From the IMG/VR virus record IMGVR_UViG_3300025011_000188, positions 1-24,695 of that record: a stretch of DNA of 24,695 nt; one strand, given 5' to 3'. Below are positions 1 through 7,731 of this stretch, piece after piece. A program made the position numbers and the translations under genes. This DNA comes from a virus. Taxonomy: Duplodnaviria; Caudoviricetes. Below the pieces are notes generated by a model, which worked only from the letters and a program-made list of their open reading frames with translations, was not told where the DNA came from and made no database searches. The first letter of the stretch is position 1. Each line of letters starts with the position of its first letter.

Positions 1-34
1 TGATTGAGATGGCTTAACTTAACCATCTCAATCA
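1..34. repeat. Inverted repeat/hairpin at window edge
   Basis: tgattgagatgg (1-12) and ccatctcaatca (23-34) are perfect reverse complements around a 10-nt spacer. Confidence 0.9.
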
Positions 35-45
35 TCCCACTCAAA

Positions 46-92
46 CCTTACCACTCTACCTTACCGCTCCTACCCCTTTCACCCTACCGCTC
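46..92. repeat. Degenerate C-rich short direct repeats
   Basis: ccttaccactc (46-56), ccttaccgctc (59-69), cctacccctttc (69-80), ccctaccgctc (82-92). Confidence 0.6.
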
Positions 93-246
93 GATTTAAA
101 ATTCCTGAAAACTCTAAAATCTCTATTTGATCACAAAAGTACAAATGGTAACGGGGATGGTAACATGATGGAAGTTTAAATAGGCAGCCATGCTACGACT
201 TCTACTCTACGTAAAACTATGGGCGGAAAAGCGATCTTTTTTCGGT

Positions 247-777
247 TTATACGGAGAATATTTTTGTAGGATTTTGGGCGGTTGAGAACTCAACCCAAGC
301 ATCACCTGAATCGCTGACACGAAACTTCCATGACCATGAGGTTGGATTCCCGGATGACGTGTCGTTGAACTGGACGGTTTTGGATTCGTAGAATTCGCGC
401 GGTGAGTTTGTGAATGACGCTGTTGGTGTGGATGGTGGAATATAACTGAAATTAACTAACGTAGACCAATCTGTACGGACAGCATAATAGCCAACAGGCT
501 CAGGAGAAGCGGCCAATGCTATTGAAAAAGACCCCGTGCCAACGTCAAGGGGACAAAAACCCGATGCTCCTAAAAATTGGAAAGGGTAGCCTGTTGGCCA
601 AGAAGGATGTCCATATAGAACACCCCAAGTACATGTATCCCAGACCGTTCCAAATGATGTACGAGAGAAATATCGATAGCCATTTGTAACATGCATACTG
701 GAATAGCGTATAATACTTGCGCCTTCAGTTGGGAACAGGACTGATGGAGGACCCGAAGGCCATGGTTCGTAAGGCAT
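247..777 (-). CDS. Putative virion protein with C-terminally truncated PKD domain
   Basis: PTASF..SP......VQFNDTSSGNPTSWSWKF......STAQNPTKIF matches the first part of a PKD domain. Confidence 0.7.
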   Translation of the reverse strand: MPYEPWPSGPPSVLFPTEGASIIRYSSMHVTNGYRYFSRTSFGTVWDTCTWGVLYGHPSWPTGYPFQFLGASGFCPLDVGTGSFSIALAASPEPVGYYAVRTDWSTLVNFSYIPPSTPTASFTNSPREFYESKTVQFNDTSSGNPTSWSWKFRVSDSGDAWVEFSTAQNPTKIFSV

Positions 778-800
778 AAAAAAAAAGATGGAAAAGGGAA

Positions 801-1121
801 CTAAAGACTAGGATTAATTTTAGCAATCACGGCGCGTTTAATTTCAAATGGTTCTGAGCTTCCTATGGCGTTCGTAGCAGTCAACTGGACGTCCCAAGCC
901 CTTTTAGCCCAATCAGGCGTTGAGTTTCTATAGAACCTTGAAAGCGTCATAGACATGAAAAGTTGATAAATGCCCATGCCATTTGATACTGACATTGGTC
1001 CCCACCACTCTTTTTTTGGACGCGGGCCTATAATAGGAATGTTTCCACTATAAGGTTGCATGTGCCATGCTCTTACAGCTTTCAATTTGAATTTCTGTTT
1101 GATTTCATCCCAGCTAGCCAT
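801..1121 (-). CDS. Hypothetical protein ending in PKD-like terminal strands
   Basis: Overlaps the upstream stop; C-terminus WDVQLTATNAIGS resembles the YxVxLTVTNxxGS end of PKD domains. Confidence 0.6.
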   Translation of the reverse strand: MASWDEIKQKFKLKAVRAWHMQPYSGNIPIIGPRPKKEWWGPMSVSNGMGIYQLFMSMTLSRFYRNSTPDWAKRAWDVQLTATNAIGSSEPFEIKRAVIAKINPSL

Positions 1122-1449
1122 GTTGTGTCTGCTTCTTTGAATAAGAGGTGAACTTATCTATAATCGTATCAAATTCAAGTGCTTCTTGTGGTAACGAGAT
1201 TGAGCTTGGTTCCCATTCAAAATCTTCCGAATCTACATGGTCAATATCTCGCAACTCCATTTCGTTTTTAACAATGGTATGAACCCTGATAAGCATTTCA
1301 TCTTTTTGACTGACATAATGAGCCTGTTCTACCCTTGAATGAAGCCTGAGAAGTAGTGATGTAGGTAGAATATGAACTGATTTAGGTGTTTGCTCTCGTA
1401 TACGAACCGATGTTTTGATTTGTTTGCCGCTTGGGAGTCGATATGCCAT
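1114..1449 (-). CDS. Hypothetical protein sharing a His-rich helical domain with the ligase N-terminus
   Basis: LLRLHSRVEQ...EMLIRVHTIVKNEMELRDIDH parallels LTALHLRLHQ...EQLVNAHIFVVEEMKKRKFNH of 9410..11143. Confidence 0.7.
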   Translation of the reverse strand: MAYRLPSGKQIKTSVRIREQTPKSVHILPTSLLLRLHSRVEQAHYVSQKDEMLIRVHTIVKNEMELRDIDHVDSEDFEWEPSSISLPQEALEFDTIIDKFTSYSKKQTQHG

Positions 1450-2159
1450 TAGAAAAAGTCCAATCGTTTACTGACTGAGGATGTAGAATGTCTTTGTCCC
1501 CATGAATTTACCTGTGACTTTGATAGAGTTGGTTTAACGGCAGTTGTAGTTGACAAAAATTGGTTTTTATTTGGTGAACCATCAGGCCCAATACGCATTG
1601 AGCGAAGCTTTGATATGTTCAACTCAGCCTCTTGAAAGAATGGATTGTAAACTGAGAACTCGAAACCTGGCATGGTGGTTTTAGAACGAAGAATAAGGCC
1701 AACGGTATAAAGAGCTTCGGCCATGACGACGAGTTGTGAAGCATTTGTAAATGGAACAAAGTAACGATCTCTAAGTTGATCATTTACCCAGTCGTAAGCC
1801 ATTTCACGTTCTCTGGAAAAATCTTCATTACTACCCGCAAAGCCGGGGGTGGAACTAATTCCTGGAAATAACAGATCAAGAATATCGTCATTTGAATACG
1901 ATGGCCGAAATACGCCGACGAATGAAGCCCCGGGTATAGACACCCTACCAGAGCCAATTACCATTGCCAGGCCAATAATTACATCTGGGAGCAATGAGGC
2001 TCTACCGGAGTTGACGACCATGCCATTGAGGGTAAGCGTTGCTGTGTTTACGGAGGCTCTACCGGAGTTGACGACCATACCCTGTAAGAGCAAGCTTGCA
2101 ACTGGTAGCGCAGTCTTGCCGGAAGCGACTATAAATCCCTCGTCAGCCCAAGTAGCCAT
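1449..2159 (-). CDS. Head-tail adaptor paralog (Mu gp36/DUF1320-like) with N-terminal 19-aa repeats
   Basis: C-terminal 150 aa about 68% identical (hand count) to 3150..3605; WVNDQLRDRYFVPF motif. Confidence 0.65.
   Translation of the reverse strand: MATWADEGFIVASGKTALPVASLLLQGMVVNSGRASVNTATLTLNGMVVNSGRASLLPDVIIGLAMVIGSGRVSIPGASFVGVFRPSYSNDDILDLLFPGISSTPGFAGSNEDFSREREMAYDWVNDQLRDRYFVPFTNASQLVVMAEALYTVGLILRSKTTMPGFEFSVYNPFFQEAELNISKLRSMRIGPDGSPNKNQFLSTTTAVKPTLSKSQVNSWGQRHSTSSVSKRLDFF
1996..2078. repeat. 26-bp perfect direct repeat, 57-bp period
   Basis: gaggctctaccggagttgacgaccat at 1996-2021 and 2053-2078, encoding MVVNSGRAS twice. Confidence 0.9.
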
Positions 2160-2171
2160 AATAATATGTCC

Positions 2172-3137
2172 TTAGAATTTTGGCACAGCTATGCGCCCAC
2201 CCGCGCCCGTACCTGTTGATTGACCACATGTCATTATAAAGTAGATATTTCCATTGTAAGAAAGCTCATCACCTGCGCTACCATAGCCAGGAGTTGTAAG
2301 GTAAATATTCCCTAAAAGTTTTCCTGCATTCAATCCTTGATCCTTTCTTACGAGTCCAATTTCATGCATAAAGTGTCTTAGGTTGAGACTGGCATCAAAA
2401 CCCCTGACGGACGGGAGTATTGATTTTATTGGATAACTTGAAGAACCCGCTCCGCTTCCAAATTCAGTAGCCAGATCAAAGCAAGCATTAGAACCCGTTA
2501 AATCGCCAGATAATCCTTTGATTCTTGGAGCGGAATTTAATCCTTGTGTTCCATTACTTGAATATCCCACATCAATACTATAACCATTAAACCAAATATA
2601 GGGCGGATATCCTGCTTCCGCCGTATCCCAGCCAGCCGCACGTGAACGTTCAAAACACCCCTCTGGAGAATACACGGCTGCTACATCGATACCCCAAATC
2701 CCGCCTACGAACGAATTAAAAATTACACCTCTTGCTGTCGCCCCGATGTAAAGCACACCGCCCGTTGTTGAATCTATTTTTTGTCCAGCATATACTGAAT
2801 CGTTAGAGCGATACGACAGATTTGTCCCTGTGTGTGCGCCAGGGTTCCAAGATTCGTAAACCTTACAATACTGTTTGTTTGCAGTATTCAAATCAACCAC
2901 AATATATTTATAGGTGCTTGCATCAGCATCTAACGCCCTCAAGCACTGCGCGTTGGTTCCGGCGGCTGCATCGTATACCGTCCAACCAGCCGCGTCGGTG
3001 GAATTGATATAAGAATTCGCATCCACACAAGCGACTGATAAATTTGCAACTACTGTTTCGCCCGTGAGTATTGCAACAATATCTGACATAATATTTGCCA
3101 GACTACTTCCAGCGGCATATTCATATTTTGCAAACAT
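2172..3137 (-). CDS. Hypothetical virion structural protein (Gly/Ala/Ser/Thr-rich, beta-rich)
   Basis: 321-aa ORF with AGGAG ribosome-binding site in the late module; no recognisable motif. Confidence 0.65.
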   Translation of the reverse strand: MFAKYEYAAGSSLANIMSDIVAILTGETVVANLSVACVDANSYINSTDAAGWTVYDAAAGTNAQCLRALDADASTYKYIVVDLNTANKQYCKVYESWNPGAHTGTNLSYRSNDSVYAGQKIDSTTGGVLYIGATARGVIFNSFVGGIWGIDVAAVYSPEGCFERSRAAGWDTAEAGYPPYIWFNGYSIDVGYSSNGTQGLNSAPRIKGLSGDLTGSNACFDLATEFGSGAGSSSYPIKSILPSVRGFDASLNLRHFMHEIGLVRKDQGLNAGKLLGNIYLTTPGYGSAGDELSYNGNIYFIMTCGQSTGTGAGGRIAVPKF

Positions 3138-3149
3138 AGTTTTTCTTCC

Positions 3150-3605
3150 TTAAAAAAAGTCCATTCGTTTGCGTGGGACAGAAATATCAATTCTTTGTCC
3201 CCAAGAATCTACCTGGCTTTTTCTTGCTGCCGGTTCGACACCGGTAGTTGTTGAGAGAATTTGGTTTTTGTCAAGCGATGAATCAGGGCCAGTACGAAAG
3301 CCCCGAAGCTTTGATATGTTCGACTTAGCCTCTTGGAAGAACGGATTATAAACCGAAAATTCATAACCCGATGTAGTGGCCTTAGAACGGAGAATAAGGC
3401 CGACAGTATAAAGAGCTTCGGCTAAGACGACTGTCTTTGAAGCACTTGCAAATGGAACCGTGTAGCGATCCGCGAGTTGATCATTTACCCAAGCATACGC
3501 CAGGGCGCGTTCTTTGGCAAAATCACTTTCACCGGATGCGTAGCCTGGAGTTGTAGCTATACCGTGGAACAAAAGATCGAGGTCATCATCGGAAGAATAA
3601 GACAA
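3150..3605 (-). CDS. Head-tail adaptor/connector (Mu gp36/DUF1320-like)
   Basis: Size, position after the capsid, N-terminal Y-S-x-x-D and A.AWVNDQLADRYTVPF similar to the ID.YL..RY.LPL motif. Confidence 0.65.
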   Translation of the reverse strand: MSYSSDDDLDLLFHGIATTPGYASGESDFAKERALAYAWVNDQLADRYTVPFASASKTVVLAEALYTVGLILRSKATTSGYEFSVYNPFFQEAKSNISKLRGFRTGPDSSLDKNQILSTTTGVEPAARKSQVDSWGQRIDISVPRKRMDFF

Positions 3606-3629
3606 ATCTATGCCTCCTTTCGATGATAA

Positions 3630-4109
3630 TTAATACGATGAAATGAATGAACCAGTAATATTAACTGAATCTGTGCCTTTTGATGTGTTCGCTTTAACGC
3701 CGATACGAATTTGATCAAGATATTCAACGACATTAATAATACTGTCAATTGTTGAGGCAGCCGTAAACGTCTTTGTGTAAACTTCCGCCCATGTTGTAGC
3801 ATTCTTTGTCTTGCCTTCAATCCTGACGGAGATTGAAGTTGATCCCAGTGTTGGAACTGACAGGAGCAATGTTTTGGAAGTGTAAATGCCCTTGCATGTC
3901 ACTGCCCCCGAAGTCGAAGCGGTCTCACTTGCCGGATTATAATAAAACGTTCCTGTTCCTGGTGGATTATACGCATCGAAGAACGTTGCCTGGATGATAT
4001 TCGACTTTGACGTTGCCTCATCTGTGAGCGTAATGCCGTTTTCAGTCCGTGCGGCTACTATACTTGATACTGAGAATAGAAGCAAAAAAATGACGAAAAA
4101 AATTCTCAT
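3630..4109 (-). CDS. Hypothetical beta-sandwich protein with signal-peptide-like N-terminus
   Basis: Likely start at 4109 (ATGA overlap with upstream stop, AGGA RBS): MRIFFVIFLLLFSVSSIVAA. Confidence 0.7.
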   Translation of the reverse strand: MRIFFVIFLLLFSVSSIVAARTENGITLTDEATSKSNIIQATFFDAYNPPGTGTFYYNPASETASTSGAVTCKGIYTSKTLLLSVPTLGSTSISVRIEGKTKNATTWAEVYTKTFTAASTIDSIINVVEYLDQIRIGVKANTSKGTDSVNITGSFISSY

Positions 4110-4564
4110 GGATTCTTTCCTATGAAAAACCATGCGACGCCATCTGTGATAACCGTTCGCCAATCAAATTGGGTGGTCATTGTAGCTGATGTTGACGTGC
4201 CATTCAAGGACTCACTTCCACTAGGATCAATGGTTATAGTCTGTGTGCCTGTGTTCACAACCGTGAAACACAGGCCAGAATTTCCCGATACAGCCGGAAG
4301 AGACACTGTCAACGCACCGTTGGCAAGAATGACGTTATGTGTTGCTTCGGCTGCCGTTTCTGCCGTTGTAACGGACACAATCCCCTTAATCTCTGAGCCT
4401 ATAACTTTTTGAGACTTCTTTATAGTTGCCTTATCCTTGACATACAATTGACCATCGATAAGTTCATTGCCATCGACATAATTTTGATAAGAAACTGCAT
4501 AAACATACGTTGATGCAGACAAAATCAACATCCCTGCCAAAATGCCAATAAGAAACCTTTTCAT
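4106..4564 (-). CDS. Hypothetical protein with signal-peptide-like N-terminus and fibre/baseplate-type beta domain
   Basis: MKRFLIGILAGMLILSASTYVYA; C-terminal VSLPAVSG...FTVVNTG..TITID..GSESLNG resembles beta-sandwich modules of phage fibre proteins. Confidence 0.7.
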   Translation of the reverse strand: MKRFLIGILAGMLILSASTYVYAVSYQNYVDGNELIDGQLYVKDKATIKKSQKVIGSEIKGIVSVTTAETAAEATHNVILANGALTVSLPAVSGNSGLCFTVVNTGTQTITIDPSGSESLNGTSTSATMTTQFDWRTVITDGVAWFFIGKNP

Positions 4565-4597
4565 GAAACACTCTCCCGTGTGAAAAAAAATGACTTA

Positions 4598-4855
4598 TTA
4601 CAAAGAATTGATTCTTTGGTCGATAATGCGCATCACATCAGCTAAAACAAACCTGTCAGAAATGAACGTATCATAGGCGACGTGCTTAAGTCTATACAAT
4701 GACTCAAGGTCTTGAAATTCCATTGCTCTTGCTTTAAACGACCCAGGAGTACAGTCTTTCATTCCTAATTTAAAAAGTGTGGCAACTGATTGAATTGATT
4801 CTGAATCAGCATCCAATTGACCACTTCTTTTTCTTTCTTTAACCATGGTGGCCAT
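4598..4855 (-). CDS. Hypothetical protein downstream of capsid
   Basis: 85-aa ORF with GAGG RBS, in operon. Confidence 0.7.
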   Translation of the reverse strand: MATMVKERKRSGQLDADSESIQSVATLFKLGMKDCTPGSFKARAMEFQDLESLYRLKHVAYDTFISDRFVLADVMRIIDQRINSL

Positions 4856-4881
4856 AATTTCCTCTTTATAAAAATGATGAA

Positions 4882-5838
4882 TTAAGCCAGAACATCAGAA
4901 TACAGATAGCCAGCGGTATTACAAACAACTTTTTCGTCTGAGATTGAATGAGTGACCCGAACTACCTCACTTTTCCTAGCCTCATCAACATACGTTTCAA
5001 CCGTACGTCCCTTAGCCTGGATGGTATAAGCGAAAGAAAGTTCTCTCTTGGTTGGGTTTGGCCTTTTGTTAACCGCTCCAATCCAAACATAATCACTCCA
5101 TATTCTGGCAATCGTTTCCGAGGCACCTGGAAGACTTGTAACATTTCTTGCACCTGCAACAACGAGCGAAAGACCGAACAGAGATGGTGGCATTAATTCG
5201 TCTGTCAAAAGCTTCGAATCAGTCGTTTTGATAAGCGCACGAATTTGAGGGTGTTGCCGTACCTTTCTCCAAGTGGAAGCAGACATAAGAATGACATTTG
5301 GTTCTGCGCCATTGAGCGCGACTTGTTCTCTTGCTGTTTCAATAGCCGCCTCTGGATCGGAATTAACAAAATCTGACCACTGTGAAGTGCCTGATAACGT
5401 TGAGTAATACGACGACGAAGCGTAATTTGCCGTTGTTGTTAGCAACGTTGCCACTCTCTTTTCAAAATTCGTTAACTGCAAACTGAGAAGGAACTCTGTC
5501 ACCGACTTGCCTAAATCCATTTCCCTATTTTTATACTGCTTGAATTCCCGTCGGTCTATTGGTAGCTCAAGAGCATGTTCTTTAGCGAAGTAAGACCGAA
5601 TTGTTTGAGTCCACGGTTCAGGACTGTTTGCCCTGGCACCCATAGCCCTGATGTCTTCGATGTTTGAATTCAAGTTGGCCTTATCGAATTCATAATAATT
5701 GCCTGACTCGTTTTCTTCTCCGACATTAACGATCGGACAAACTTGTTCAGCCACAAAACCACTATTTGGGAACTGAATGGCCAATTCGTTAAGAATGGCA
5801 TTCGTCTTTGGAATATCTGACGTTGCGATAAACCCCAT
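4882..5838 (-). CDS. Major capsid protein (HK97 fold, lambda gpE-like)
   Basis: 318 aa; GFVAEQVCP.V.V, EKRVA.L, QWSDF.NSDP, PN.ILM....W..VR.HP.I, AGYLY motifs; follows protease and cement genes; AGGAGG RBS. Confidence 0.85.
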   Translation of the reverse strand: MGFIATSDIPKTNAILNELAIQFPNSGFVAEQVCPIVNVGEENESGNYYEFDKANLNSNIEDIRAMGARANSPEPWTQTIRSYFAKEHALELPIDRREFKQYKNREMDLGKSVTEFLLSLQLTNFEKRVATLLTTTANYASSSYYSTLSGTSQWSDFVNSDPEAAIETAREQVALNGAEPNVILMSASTWRKVRQHPQIRALIKTTDSKLLTDELMPPSLFGLSLVVAGARNVTSLPGASETIARIWSDYVWIGAVNKRPNPTKRELSFAYTIQAKGRTVETYVDEARKSEVVRVTHSISDEKVVCNTAGYLYSDVLA

Positions 5839-5871
5839 TTTAGAAACCTCCTGGAATAAGAAAGAAGAAAA

Positions 5872-6300
5872 CTACGGGAACAATACACACATAACGGCAA
5901 CCTTGATGAAGGATTTTGCCGTCCCATCCTCAAGTGCCCTGGCAACGATTAAATCGCCTGAACTGACTGTCTCAACATCGAGCATACCATTTTCAGCATC
6001 GGTAGCTGAACCCGCGCCGGCAGCAAGGAAATTGTTAAGTGATGGTGTTGACGTAACGCGGGCAATTCCTATCTGGCCTGGAAGCGCTACCCTGACAGGC
6101 TGACCAGCATCGGCATCCTCTTGGGCGATCCCAATAACTGCCGTTGAATCAGCACTTGCATTATATGCTAATGGTTTAACCTGGTTCAATGCTGTACCTG
6201 CGATCACAACACAGCCTTTTCTTACGTTTACAAGGGCATTTGCTTCAGCGATGAAACTTCCGAAATCGTTCCATGAAAGTGGAACTGAAACTCTGGACAT
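5872..6300 (-). CDS. Capsid cement/decoration protein (DUF2190-like)
   Basis: VIGIAQEDADAGQPVRV and ARALE motifs; lies between scaffold and capsid. Confidence 0.7.
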   Translation of the reverse strand: MSRVSVPLSWNDFGSFIAEANALVNVRKGCVVIAGTALNQVKPLAYNASADSTAVIGIAQEDADAGQPVRVALPGQIGIARVTSTPSLNNFLAAGAGSATDAENGMLDVETVSSGDLIVARALEDGTAKSFIKVAVMCVLFP

Positions 6301-6339
6301 AATAATTTCTCCTTTTGTTAAAATTGATAAAAACGTTTT

Positions 6340-6828
6340 TTAGATACGAATCAATCCCTGCTTGGACATTGTATTATACGCATCTTCATAGGTGATTTTC
6401 TTTTCCTCTGCAAAGGCTATAATCTTGCCATGTAAACCTGCAATAGGATCGCCTGAAGTTGGTGATGCGGATATTGGTTGTGCGGCAACTACCGGTGAAC
6501 CCTGCAATGGTTTGATAAGAGAACCATCAGCCAAGTGAACTTCAAAAAGTTTGACGACTTTCAATACAGTATCGTCTTCGGTAAAGGTCAACAATTTTGA
6601 TAACCCTTCTACGACGGCAGGCGTAAATTTTGAATTTAGTTCACCCAATATGCGATCCTTTTGAGTTGACAAAATTGCAGCGCTTGCAAGAGCGAGTTTT
6701 TGGTTTGCCATTGTCAGTGATTCTGATAATTCAAGAACCTTTTGAGTGGTAATCTTTGAATCCTCCTGTAACTTAATAATGCTTTCCTCTTTAGCCTTCA
6801 ATTCTTCGAGTGCTTTCTTTAACTCCAT
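6340..6828 (-). CDS. Nested in-frame scaffold protein (internal start)
   Basis: GGAGG (6834-6838) 5 nt before an in-frame ATG at 6828 (MELKKALEEL...), just after the protease domain. Confidence 0.55.
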   Translation of the reverse strand: MELKKALEELKAKEESIIKLQEDSKITTQKVLELSESLTMANQKLALASAAILSTQKDRILGELNSKFTPAVVEGLSKLLTFTEDDTVLKVVKLFEVHLADGSLIKPLQGSPVVAAQPISASPTSGDPIAGLHGKIIAFAEEKKITYEDAYNTMSKQGLIRI

Positions 6829-7632
6829 GTTATCCTCCATTAAAAATGTCTTTGTAGGTAAATCTTCAGTGTTGTAAATAACACATAAATCAGCAAGTGA
6901 CTTAATATGTGGGACATCGGCTCCTAAAATTGCGACGCGGCGCAATGTTGGCCCATAATGTTTTCCAGCGGCATCAATATAATCGACATAAAGTTCAGCA
7001 GAAACTTTTGAATACGACTTAGACTCAATCAATTTGACAATTTCAGGGGGAACTCGTGAGAACTTAGCCAAAAGAACATTTGAGGCTTCTTTCCGCTTTA
7101 AGTCAGTTACCCATCCGGCTGATGGATACCCGGAAGCCTGGAGCATTGCTTGCCCCTCATCATGCCCAAGAACGATTGGTGGAACTAGACCCTTGACTGC
7201 ATTAAAATTGTTTATCACGACATCGAGTACCTTTTCATCATCAACCTCAAAAATTTCCTGCCATCCGATATCTACAAATGAAGATTTATCAGAAAAGCAT
7301 TTTAAGAATAATGGACAGCCTTGACTTTTGGCCGTGTTGCACCCTTGAGCGATTTCGAGGAAATTATCTGGAAAATCATCAAGTGCCATAATTGGACAGA
7401 GGTCGGCTTTAGAACATAACGATATAACTGAGCTAACAGCCGCATCAGTCACGTCAGGCATGTCCGGGTAAGGATAAGCTGGTTTGGCAGTTTCATTCAT
7501 TTTGAATCGAACCGGGGCATTATGCGGATAATCTACAGAGACATTTGGATAATCGTTCACCTTATTATTGGGGTATGGATAGGGGTACTGATAGCCATTT
7601 GTAATTTTATCGGACTTTTTTGACTTGTTCAT
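6340..7632 (-). CDS. Prohead protease/scaffold (Mu gpI-like)
   Basis: PIVLGH, P(S)AGWV, YSKVSAE, L.RVAILGA..P.IK.L motifs followed by a coiled-coil scaffold. Confidence 0.85.
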   Translation of the reverse strand: MNKSKKSDKITNGYQYPYPYPNNKVNDYPNVSVDYPHNAPVRFKMNETAKPAYPYPDMPDVTDAAVSSVISLCSKADLCPIMALDDFPDNFLEIAQGCNTAKSQGCPLFLKCFSDKSSFVDIGWQEIFEVDDEKVLDVVINNFNAVKGLVPPIVLGHDEGQAMLQASGYPSAGWVTDLKRKEASNVLLAKFSRVPPEIVKLIESKSYSKVSAELYVDYIDAAGKHYGPTLRRVAILGADVPHIKSLADLCVIYNTEDLPTKTFLMEDNMELKKALEELKAKEESIIKLQEDSKITTQKVLELSESLTMANQKLALASAAILSTQKDRILGELNSKFTPAVVEGLSKLLTFTEDDTVLKVVKLFEVHLADGSLIKPLQGSPVVAAQPISASPTSGDPIAGLHGKIIAFAEEKKITYEDAYNTMSKQGLIRI

Positions 7633-7647
7633 AGAAAAACTCCATCA

Positions 7648-7681
7648 TAAAAAAAAGATATGTATCTAATTAATGATACAT
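7648..7681 (-). terminator. Possible weak intrinsic terminator/attenuator upstream of protease gene
   Basis: atgtatc/gatacat 7-bp stem (7660-7681) followed on the minus strand by atc and a T8 run. Confidence 0.35.
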
Positions 7682-7694
7682 GAGTTATCCTCAG

Positions 7695-7723
7695 TAAATA
7701 CCCTATTTAAGGGCACCCGTCAA
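7695..7723 (-). promoter_or_regulatory. Possible sigma70 promoter for head genes
   Basis: TTGACG-17 nt-TATTTA; spacer contains the dyad ccct-N5-aggg. Confidence 0.3.
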
Positions 7724-7731
7724 GAAAAAAA

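Noticed and set aside
221-246. Terminator after the last late gene
   Set aside because: Stem is mostly A-T/G-T pairs and too weak to call
1449-3605. Diversity-generating retroelement template/variable repeat pair
   Set aside because: Whole-gene paralogs, both coding; differences do not look restricted to adenines; no reverse transcriptase in the window
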